From NCBI RefSeq assembly GCF_964355755.1, contig NC_092679.1:7346201-7410200 (forward strand): DNA of 64,000 nt, written 5' to 3'. The stretch is from Antedon mediterranea (Eukaryota > Animalia > Echinodermata). Below the pieces are notes generated by a model. The model saw nothing but the letters and a program-made list of their open reading frames with translations. It was not told where the DNA came from and searched no databases. Positions 28,601 through 40,600 of the stretch are shown piece by piece (position 1 is the first letter of the stretch; every line of letters starts with the position of its first letter). Both the position numbers and the translations under genes were made by a program.

Positions 28601-31600
28601 GACATACAGTAACATCAGCAAGAGTTCTAGGCTCACTCGATCCAATGTTCTGGTGGTAGAACGAGTCTTCTTGGATAAGGACTATAAATCGTAGGTCCTG
28701 TGTACACATCTAGCTCATGTGCACTTTAAAGAACCTAGTAAATCTTTTGTGAAGAGTAGGAGGTTACCCCGGTGTACTAGTACATCACAGCACACAGCCA
28801 CTGTCACACACAGCCACTTATCACATTACTGGGGCCCTTCCTAATCAAACCAATAGTATAACTACAGCAAAAGATGATAATATATACAATACTGAAAAAG
28901 TTTAGCATATATTTCTCAAGTGAGGCCTCCATTTCAAAGATGTTTTTCAATATTTGTTCTTCAAATCTTATTTTTGAGTCCTAAAGCAAAAAACCACACT
29001 GACAACAGGATTTCCTTTAAGTTTTTCAACTTTCACGATTCAATTTTGGCGGATATAATTCAATATCGCGTGTTCATCTAATTCTATGAACAAATAGGAA
29101 ATTGAAATAAACATTTAAATGAAGAAATTAAATGATGCATGTCAAATATTATGATTTCAAATATATTTCAAAAATAATGATTTTATTTCGTTGACATATT
29201 GGAAGCTAAATTCTTCATTAAAAAAGGGTATTTTATTTTAGAATTTGCAGAATAAAAATACAAATTCTAAAATTCAAAGTACTATTCTATAAATATACTT
29301 CTACATTAGTATTTTCTATGAATGGATGGTCAGTTGGTAAGAAGAACGCCAGTTGGTGAAACCCAATAGGCCTACCGATTTGATTTCAAGAAAATACCTC
29401 ACACAAGCCAACAAAAAAATAAAGATTGGAAAATAAAAAGATGACAATGATTATTCAATCACACCTGCCAACATAATGATAGTGTATTAGACTCTCTGTG
29501 GTTAACTAAAATAAAACATTAATTAAATGTAAAAAGGAAAGAGAAACCACTTCCTCTTGTTGAGAACATTCATTTGTATTCAATGTCAAAAAATAAGTAA
29601 ATCTTGTTTCTTATTATTATGTAAAAATCACTTTTACACTTACAACAGAATTGTTGTTTTTCACTTTCTAACAAATATTCTAGTGAAAAGGCAAAAAGTA
29701 TGCGTTGTGAATTTTGAATTCAATCAATTAATTAATTTTATTCTATCATTTAAAGTAATGGCCAAACAATTATATTGTTTGCTATTGTTTTTATTTATAT
29801 ATACTAGTAGGTGAACTCTTCAGTCAAAGACTGGTCTCCCACTGACAATGTGCGTACTACTAGTACTCCGGGGTGACCCCCTACTCGTCCCCAAAGATGT
29901 ACTAGGTTCTTTAAAGTACACATGAGCTGGACCTACAGTTTATAGTCCTTATCTGACAAGACTCGTTCTACCACCAGAACTATGGAGTGAGCGAGCCTCG
30001 TAATTATGGTTCCGCTTGACCACTCACTCATAAAGAAACGCCAACTGAATGTTGGAGTCGTTTCCAGAGTTGCTGAAGAATAGAACTTAGAAGCCATAAC
30101 CAACAACCATCTTAAAGGACATGGCTCATGATGAAGAAGAAAAAGAAGACGTAATTAATAGATATTTTTCTACTACCCAATTTCTTTTGTAGGATATTAT
30201 AATATTTATCGCCTTAAAGTAATGACATGATAAAATTAAGATCTTCTAGAAAATATGTGACAAACCCACTTCCTTGGATGCATACTGAGAAAGCAATATA
30301 CAGTAGCACATGACAGGATATTTAAATAAAAGTTAATGACGGAACGTACAAAGAAGACATGAACAAGATTAATAGATCATTATCACTACAAAACAATTTA
30401 TGAAAAAAAAAATCCTTGAGACATTATTAATAGTTGAAACCAAGTATGAAAAAAACCCCTTTGAGACAGAATTATTTATGGGTGCGAGGCCGAGTCGGCA
30501 GGATTCTGACAGAGTTGATGTGATTCTGAGAAGCTTCTGTTTAAATTGCTTAACAACGGAAGAATAAATGCTGCTACCGACTTCTCATACCATCAACCCG
30601 TCTATCAAATAATTACAAATGCTGCTTAGCTTGGCTTAATAATTGATATGTATAGGCTTATGTTGATGTTATCAAAATAGCCTGTCCATCATATCAGTTG
30701 AAATGCTGTTTAAATCAGTAGATTAGTTATATTTAAGTTCTGGTTTTTGTCATTTTAAGACAAGTTTTTTATTATTTGTTAATGGATACTTAAATGGATC
30801 TGAGAAAGAGTTAAATGCTTGGAAATTAGATTAGAAATTGACAAATCAATTGTAATTGATTTTATCTAGAAAATCTTATGATCATCATAAGAGTAATGGT
30901 CATCACCAAACAAGTACCAATTTTAAGGACAAAAAATAATCATATACTGTATTTTAGCTTGTTATAAGAAAAGAAATCGCTTTTTTGTTTAGATTTGTTC
31001 ATTCAATAAATTCTCAACACATATAAAAAAACATATAATAATAATAGTTCGATAGTAATTAAAAAACATAGTATGTGAGGAAGGAAGCCTGAAGAAGTTT
31101 AACTTTACACTTAGGTTCCCAGAATTAAGGGAAGTAGAGTGACAAAAAGTTGCTATTAATATTATATGCTAACCAAGTTGTATTAGAAATCACTATTTTG
31201 TGTATTTAGTTGGAAGTTAGCAATAGATATTTAAACCCTATATTTTAAGGGATTTGAAGAGTCAGAATACCAATAAAAATCACAAACCCCTAACCCTATA
31301 AAAAAATGTCCATTTGATAGTAAAAGGTTTTTATTACAAAACTATGTTTTTAGCAGTCTATCCTTATGTTTAGCAATGAATGCATTGTGTCGTTTAACAA
31401 AACTGTGATTGACATTTTCTTTAAATATTTTTTCATTTATGTTTCTTAAACCTTGAAAATATAAATATTTTAATTTTATTAAATTAAAAATAGATCAAGG
31501 CTATCATTGACATCAAATTAAATTAATGATATTTGTTCATTTATTTAATACTGTGTAATGTACGTTCTTCTAAATATAGTTGTTGTCCTCATTCAATAAC

Positions 31601-34600
31601 AGTTGGTACATTACTATTTTATTAATTGAAAATGATGGTTTAAATATGTTTTCTTCTTTTTAGATGTCATCATTTATTATACAACATCAAAATCAATTAC
31701 ATTTCAACATTAACAAGTTAACAAACAATTACATATTTGAACTTATCATGTTACCCTTTAACTTTTTATGTGTAACATGATAAATAAATGATTTTCTTAA
31801 TTGCAAAACATCTCAATAATGACATTTAATAGGACTTGAGTTCCGATATCTTAAAAAACATTCAGAAGAACACAAACTTTCTATCTTTCGTTTAAATTCA
31901 ATCAAGGACTACAATTTTTTTATGTGTTCGATGTTGGAGGTACTGTGAAAACATAGTAGCTACAAAGAAAAAAAACACGGGACCACAGTTGGGATAGCCC
32001 AAAGTACTGTAACTGGCTTTCTAGAATATTATATATATTATTTGGTTTTCTAAAATCCATTTCAAATAGTAGAAAAGAATTTAGGAGATTTTTACCTAAC
32101 AATTTCTTTAAAACTTAGTTTTTCAGGAAGTAAGTTTCAAGAAAAATAAATTATTAATCTACAATTTTCACTTGGAAAAGCCCATTTGTATGGTGCCCTC
32201 TAGAGATTAAAAAAAACTTTATGTAAACTTTACTAAATATTACTAATAAATATTTCAACCAATAAATGACAATAAACAATATCGGGTCTACTCCAAAAAC
32301 TGAAGTTCGATTGTAACAATATTTAAGCATATACTTACAAATATTTCAACCCAATAAGTTGAAGAGCAGAAACGACATCAGTGTGCCCAACAAGAATGGC
32401 TATTTGGGTAAACTTGATGACGTCCCAAATAATAACCGTGGTGTCCCATGACCCGCTAAGTATCCATTGGTCATTGAACGCAAGGCATCTCACGCCACCC
32501 TTTAATAAAAAAACTAATTTAATCAATACATTTATTGTTTTGTGCTAGTATTATTCATACACAAAACAACAACTCATTCAAAGTACTAATCCTCAATTAT
32601 AAGTCTATAGTGTTTTAGTCGCGTGCAAACGCAACTCTACAGCTCACTATGTGGGTCGGTTGGTCGGTCAGTCGGTTGGTCGGTAAACAATAACTTGAGC
32701 ATGCGACTGCAGCCATGTATATGGCCTTGTTATTGTTATTGTCGCATTATAATATTTAAACATAATTATTCTATAAATTAAAAACATATTCAACATGAAA
32801 TGAGGCGTTATTCAATATTAACTAAAACAAATACAGTAATTTATTGAGTACAGTACACACTTCTCATTTACAAACTTTTCATTTACACACTTCTCATTTA
32901 CACACTTCTCATTTACACACTTCTCATTTACACACTTCTCATTTACACACTTCTCATTTACACACTTCTCATTTACACACTTCTCATTTACACACTTCTC
33001 ATTTACACACTTCTCATTTACACACTTCTCATTTACAAACTTCTCATTTACACACTTCTCATTTACACACTTCTCATTTACACACTTCTCATTTACACAC
33101 TTCTCATTTACACACTTCTCATTTACACACTTCTCATTTACAAACTTCTCATTTACACACTTCTCATTTACACACTTCTCATTTACAAACTTTTTTATTT
33201 ATGTACGCCTCTCAGACTAAGGGGTACGTAAATGACTGTGTATATTAATACGTTTGTTTGTTTCTATAATGTCCCTAATTTTCAACATATTTTCCTGAAT
33301 TTTTAACAGACCATGCTACCAATGCTTCTTCAAATCAGGGAAGAGTGAAATCCCTGTTCAAACCAGAAGTTTTCTTTAATATGGGCCGTAAATTAGGTAG
33401 CATGCCCTCTGTTGTTCACTTTATTTTTATGTTGACGAATATTGATTAATTAAAACCATACAAAGCAAATCATTAAAAACAAATTGACATAATTATAATT
33501 CTAGATAAGAGACAGACAGAAAACAATCAACAATTTATCAATCAGATGTTGAAAATATTATTCAGACTGTTTTTGTCATCACTATCAGTTCCCAGACGTT
33601 CCGGTCATTTAGTTTTTTCGAGGTCAAGTGTCATATTCATTTCTGATAGTAATGAAATTGATTTTTCGCAGAGTTTGTCTTGGTATGATAAGTGGATTGT
33701 TTTTCTTATTTTCTATGGATTTTCTTACATGTTTTGGCATGATCCTCAATGTAATCTGTGTTCTATGAAAATTGTTTTTTGAAAATTAATTTTAGAAAAT
33801 TACAATTGTTGAATCAAAATTTAAAAAAACTTAAATCATTTAAATATTTATAATATTTACATTATATGGAGTGACGCTGCAGCTTGGTGGTTTTGCCTTC
33901 CAATCCTAGGGGCCAGGGTTGTAACTCACGACTCTTTAAACTCCACTCCCTATGCATCTAAAGACTTAAAAGCACGCTTTTATTTATAAAAGAGTTTATA
34001 CATCCTATAATTGGTGAGTTGGATGGGTATGAAATTTTAAATATATAAAACACCTGAAGATTGAGGTACTCCTCATGAAACAGCCTGTAGTGCATTAAAA
34101 TGTTCAGTTGTAACTAGCATCTTTGACTATTTATATTCTGCTCTGCTTTGCATCAAGCACTTTTGCCTACATGACCTACTATATATAACCTATATAGTTC
34201 ATATATGGGTAATTTTTAGCTTTTTATTAGAACCTATTTATTAATTTAATTTTAATGTAAACATTTGCTATTGAAGGAAATAGACATGTAAACTTAATGC
34301 GAATTAAGACTTGTAGAAACCAATATGATTATAAATCAACTTAAATTTAAACCCCTGTTGTCGATAAATAATAATTCATCCATGATCGTAATAGGATAGG
34401 GAATCCAGTCATCAAAGCATTGACCAGAATTTTAATAAAATTATTTTGGGAATATTATAGGTGATGAGTCATGTTGACTAATTTTACAATTTAAAACGAC
34501 ACAATCTGGTTATTACATAATACAAATTGGGAAGCGATGTGGGATGGGAGGTTTATTGGTTAGGACCTCTGGGAAGAGGAATGTCACTTTTTCATATTTT

Positions 34601-37600
34601 TTGTCACAAGTGGTTACTTTTTTGTAGAATATTAAGCCATGATTTTAAAGGAATTAAAAAAAAAAAATTTTTGATGGTAGGTTTTTTAATGAAGTCAATG
34701 TTTATGTAAATACAGTCCAGTCATTACCATGAATGTAGACTGTTATTGTCTAGCTACTTCAATTATTTGTCGCATTATAATATTTAAACATAATTATTCT
34801 ATAAATTAAAAACATATTCAACATGAAATGAGGCGTTATTTTGAGTGAGAGGTGAGATTGGACTCTAGGGAAGACGTGAGGTGAGTCACATGAAAACTTG
34901 TCCTGAGTCTCTTTACTGTATAAATTTGGCTATATGTTTTTCAAATACCATTGCCTTTTTTTACAGTGCTTTCCTTTTTTAATACACAAATACCATAATA
35001 CTCATAAATTTATCTAAGATATGAAATAATTTATTTGGACATTTTAAATGCATTGCTAATTGATTCAGGCGCTTGTGTGGGCAAGATTCCTCACCTTATG
35101 ACCGTATATTTTATGAATACTGCGTCCGCTTCGAATATCCCACACACGAAGAGAGTGATCGGATGATCCTGTAATTATACGTCGTCTGTCAAACTTAAGA
35201 CAACATACAGCATTCATGTGACCCTGAGAAAAATAATTAAAAGCAGATAAAGTAAGAAAAATATAGGTTTTATCCCATCTATTTACTGATACACAAACTT
35301 AAAATAAAACTCAAATATTAGTATCAAATCCACACATTCTTTCCGTCAACAATTACTGTTCATTCCAGCCCTCAGTCATAATTAGGATATAGTCGCCGAT
35401 ATTCATACACTTTTGCGATAATCAATTCATTGTTAAAAATATATTTAATAAAGCTTCCTCCATAATTACTATACAGTATAAAATACCAATATGTGTGGTG
35501 TAAACTAAATAAACATTGTTTTACTTTTTTATTATATCTAAACATTTTTTGTATACCCCATGTAGATCAGCAGTTTTTCTGCAAATTGGTTTCTGCTAAT
35601 AAAGATAATGATGATAAGAACTTGTGAATCTAATTATTTCATTACAGCAGTAAGCATTTAACTACTTTTGAATGAGAGCAGAAAGAGTTGTTACCTCTCA
35701 ACGAACTTAAACCACAAGATGCTCTCATTTAGCATCGCTTCCACCCACATGACATGAGGAATAAACCAACAACTCTAATTTACTGATATGCTTACAAATA
35801 ACATTACAATGATTAAATGTATAATGACGGGTACAGAAAGATAAGCAAGAACACTTAAGTGTTTTTACTTTAATCTTATGTACTATGTCACCTCTGTACC
35901 AAGTATTTGGTTACAGTGAAAATAGTTACAATGAGTGTAAAAAGAGGAGTAAGAATTGGAATACATACAAATAACTACCGTACATGCACTGCAGGAAAAC
36001 TGTAGCCAATAAAACTAGCTTAGAGCTAAAATAGCGTAGCAAAAAATGCAGTACAAAACTGTATTAATGCAACTTCAGACTGATTATTAATTATTGCTAA
36101 TATGCAAACAGACCACACTCTACAGTACCATCCATCATGATTTATGTCGATATTCTTTCTGCGTGTATAAAAGGAAACTGATTGAAAAAGTATTGTATTT
36201 GAAGTTTTTTTTTTCTATTGAAATAGAAAGAGATATTAAGTATCATTTAAAAATCAGAGAATACAAAACAGTTTTCAAGTACAAATACTCAATTTGTAAA
36301 CATATTTTCTATGTGTATACAGTATCTTCTGTATCACCGCTTCATAAAATGCGCAACTAAGCATTCTGCGTACGTGACCAATCATAGCTCTAAACGAAAT
36401 AAAATGAAAATGGCAAATGAGAAGTGACTTGAGGAGCCACAGGGGAATTGGGCTCTCACCAAGTCAGTTGTTTATGGTATTGTACAGTTTGCATGTTTGT
36501 ATTACTAATTTCCTATGTCTGACCACAAACATATGGTAACACTTGAAATTAATCAGTAGAAATCAACTCACTTACGTTGATCACAGAGTGAGGTTGGCAG
36601 TCGGTACGGGAGGGTAATGAATGCACGATTAATTGCTACAATCCATGTGTTTATCTGAGCATGTGCAAAGTGAGGTACAGTAGGCAGAAAGTACAAAAAG
36701 GGATGGCATGATAATTGCACTCTTCTGAGCATGTGCAGAGTGAGGTACAATAGGCAGAAAGTAAAAAAGGGATGGCATGATAATTGCACTCTTCTGAGCA
36801 TGTGCAGAGTGAGGTACAATAGGCAGAAAGTTCAAAAGAGATGGCATGATAATTGCACTCTTCTGAGCATGTGCAGAGTGAGGCTTGTACTCAGTGTAGG
36901 ATGTTTTGTAAAGAGTAGGCCTGAAATTGCAAGAACCTGATCTGAATTTTGAGCATGTGCAGAGTGAAGTTGAAAGTACAGTAAGATACGATGACACTGT
37001 TTGCTCAAATATGTTGTGAGTATGTGCAGTGCGACTTGCTCATTTTATTTTAACATTAAAGGCTTAGGCTTTTGTTTGACTGATGTAAAATGACTTTGCT
37101 CCAATTCGAAATCCCGCAAGTACACTCTGTCTGTATCTCCTCTGTACATTTCAAAATATAATTTCAGGAAATAAAAATAATTTTGAGGAAACTTGTATAC
37201 AATTTAATAAAAACGTAATCATTAAAAACAATTTTGAAGTCAAATTTACATACAAAAGGTGCAAATAATTATTGTCACTTTTTCACTTAATATTTGCAAA
37301 GTTAAATCCCAAAGTGAAGATTTGAAGTTAAATTTGTTCTTGATGATTGACCAATTGATGATTGACCAATTGATTTAATTTTGTTAAATAAATGGATTGG
37401 TTGATTGAGTGAATGATGGATCAGCAACGCCCCATGTACTTAAGTATCGTCCTCAAATATGCAACAGATTGCCAAATGCTTATTATACTGATTAAAGTCA
37501 ATAGTTATTGCGTCAACTAGGGGATAACTACAGTAGATATATTTAGAACAAGAGAAGGTGGCGTAACAGTATCCATAACAGGCAATGTCTAGTAAAGAAT

Positions 37601-40600
37601 TTAGGCTATCCACTTTCTTTTGGGCTATTCAAGTTTAGTATCAGTTCCCAGTCTCACTTACAAGTTCTGGACCTGGATAATAATGTGTTGCTTTGTCATG
37701 TTTAGTTCGTACTGTATTATCAACCTCTGACTCACAAGAAGCATTACCTTTTGTTTATCTGACAAATATCCCCATCAACAAACATTATAACACATCCTTT
37801 CAATGTGATTGAATAATTAATGTGCTGTTTAGTTTTACTAAAATTGAAAATAAAATTATATTTGATGATATCAACGGTAACATAAATTGAAAACTACTTT
37901 TGTTTAAAAGTTTAGAAACAACGTACCTGTAACCTGCGAACCCTTTTCACTGCCCTCACCATCATGGATACTTTGTTTAGATGTCTTGTTAGTTTCTCTC
38001 CTGCCATTGTCTCTTCTTCCATGCCTATATCACCAGTTACCTAAACACACAAATGTGACAAAAAAAACCATCATGTAGGTACTTCATTATTATTATTCGG
38101 CAAGCCATTTTTGGGTGATCATACAATTCAATCATCGTTAGACATAGCGCGTGCTACTGTAACTATTTTGTGCCATTTATTCATCATGTTTTGGGTCAGG
38201 TGTGTTTCAACCTGTGTAATTTAAAATGTTGTGTGATTATACACACTGTTTATTAGAGTGACTGACTCATAAACAAAATTAAAACACTCATCCAGTTGTC
38301 CATCCAAATGTAGTTACTGCAGTAATTCCAACATGATCCTTAAATTTAGGAGGCATATAAAACTAAAACTGTATTCAATTTTAAATTTAAATTCAATTTC
38401 TATTTAAATCGACATAAAAACATGTAATATACCATAACATTATTATAAACTTGTATATAAATACAATGAAAAAAATTAGTGATGTGGGGGGAGAGTGAGA
38501 TATTAAAGTCAAACAGACTTTAAGTTCAACCTACCCCAAGATATATTAATATCATATAAACTGGTAAAATATAAAAGAAAACTTCATGAACAGAACAAAG
38601 CACTCACTAGCACACTCTTTGCTTGTTCGTGGTCAGGCCTAATGTCCAATGCCAAGTTCTCATTGTCTTCCCTAGGTTTCTTAGGTTTTCTTTTCTTCTT
38701 TTTCACTACTTTCTTGTCTTCTTCTTTAACCTCCAACTTACTTTTGGATTCCCATGGTGAAATGAAATCACTTGTAAAAATATTCAATTCCAACATTAAT
38801 CATATAAGTTATAAACAAAGGTAAATAATTTAGGTATAATAACATTATTCAATCAGATATAGCATTCTAAATCTCACAATTTTTTTAATTCAATATTTTG
38901 CACGGAGGCACCTCACAATGCGAAACCACCTTGCTTCATGGTGCCTCAGGTAACCAATACAAATATTCTTGTCACCTGTATCATAAAAATATTTTCCTGT
39001 TTTAAACAAGTTTTCAGAACTAATACACGTGGTGTACCGCAAACTTTATATCAACATTTGATTTCGCCATGCAAACCTTCAAACAATATATAAGTTTTTT
39101 AAACTCATAAAGAGATAAAGAGACAAAGATTTTTTCATTTAATTATTTAAGAATGAGTTAAGAGTCTTAAATGTTCATTAAATTACAGAAAAGTATTTTG
39201 TTGAGACTAAATTAAAAGATGGACTAGATTTAAATTCATTATTGCCATAAGATGAGACTTACTTGTTTAATTCATTATCTTTTTCTACTGCATCTGTTTC
39301 AGGGATATCATCAATTGAGTCTTTCTGAAATGTTTCTAGTTGTTGGATTGGAAGATCAACTGATAAAGAAAAACAACATGGCAGATAGGTAAGCATGCAG
39401 GTAGGTAGGTAGGCAGGTTGGTAAGCATGTAGGTAGGTAGGTAGGTAGGTAGGTAGGCAGGTAGACAGGCAGGTAGTTAAGCATGCAGGTAGGTAGGTAA
39501 GCATGCAGGTAGGTAGACAGGCAGGCATGTAGACAGGCAGGTAGGTAAGCATGTAGACAGGTAGGTATGTAGTTAGGCAGGTAGGTAAGCATGTAGACAG
39601 GTAGGTATGTAGTTAGGCAGGCATGTAGACAGGCAGGTAGGTAAGCATGTAGACAGGCAGGTATGTAGTTAGGCAGGCATGTAGACAGGCAGGTAGGTAA
39701 GCATGTAGACAGGTAGGTATGTAGTTAGGCAGGCATGTAGACAGGCAGGTAGGTAAGCATGTAGACAGGCAGGTATGTAGTTAGTCAGGCATGTAGACAG
39801 GCAGGTATGTAGTTAGTCAGGCATGTAGACAGGCAGGTATGTAGTTAGTCAGGCATGTAGACAGGCAGGTAGGTAGGTAAAAAGGTAGGTAAATAAGAAG
39901 GCAGGTAGGTAGGAAAGGAAGGCAGGTAGACTCTTACTTTAGTCGGTTACAATCTCTGTATAGTACATATTGTTAACTTACCTACAGTACTTCGCTGTCT
40001 ATCGGCTGATAATTCAGAGAACATTGATGAACTTGTACTACTGCTGCTGTACGAATCTAAATAAAAATCACAGATTTGTAAATAATTTGAAAATCAAAAG
40101 GTAATTGAAAAGTAATTAATATCCATGCCTTAGTCAAAACGATTGAGAAGACACGTTATTGCATAAGTAACTCACCGAACTCTTCGGGTGGAGTAATTCT
40201 AGCTGGCGTAAGAACATCAATTACTCTAAGTTCTTTACCTTGTGGTAGAAAAAAATATGTTAAATTTTAATCAGATTTAACATAACATATTTATGCAACC
40301 TAATAAATTATTGGAGCATTTGTATATTTTTCTGTAGTTTCTGTACATTGTACGGTATTATGTCTAGCAATGCAGTATCAAAAGCCTTTATCCTATATGG
40401 GATACCGTAGAGTAGGCGTCTCTTGACAATAATCAGTACCCTCTTCAAAATTGGAATATTTTTACCTGAAGCCTGGTAGTTTGCCATTTGAAGGTTGTCT
40501 ACAATCAACTTCAACTCATAATATGCCTCATGCCAGTCTATCAGGCAACTATCCATTGCGTCTTTCATTAACAGAGCTATGTCTAGAATGCCTTTAGTGT

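Noticed and set aside
32844-33248. (HTSHL)n His-rich ORF
   Set aside because: Translation of a 15-bp minisatellite with a non-ATG start, antisense within an intron.
36576-36654. Possible extra exon (cag...gtaagt) in the F-box gene
   Set aside because: 79 nt would frameshift between two phase-0 exons that already join cleanly (RRLQ|GHMN); the acceptor comes from the tandem repeat.
39356-39592. MLTYLP-repeat ORFs
   Set aside because: Microsatellite translations; only 39263-39359 is a real exon.
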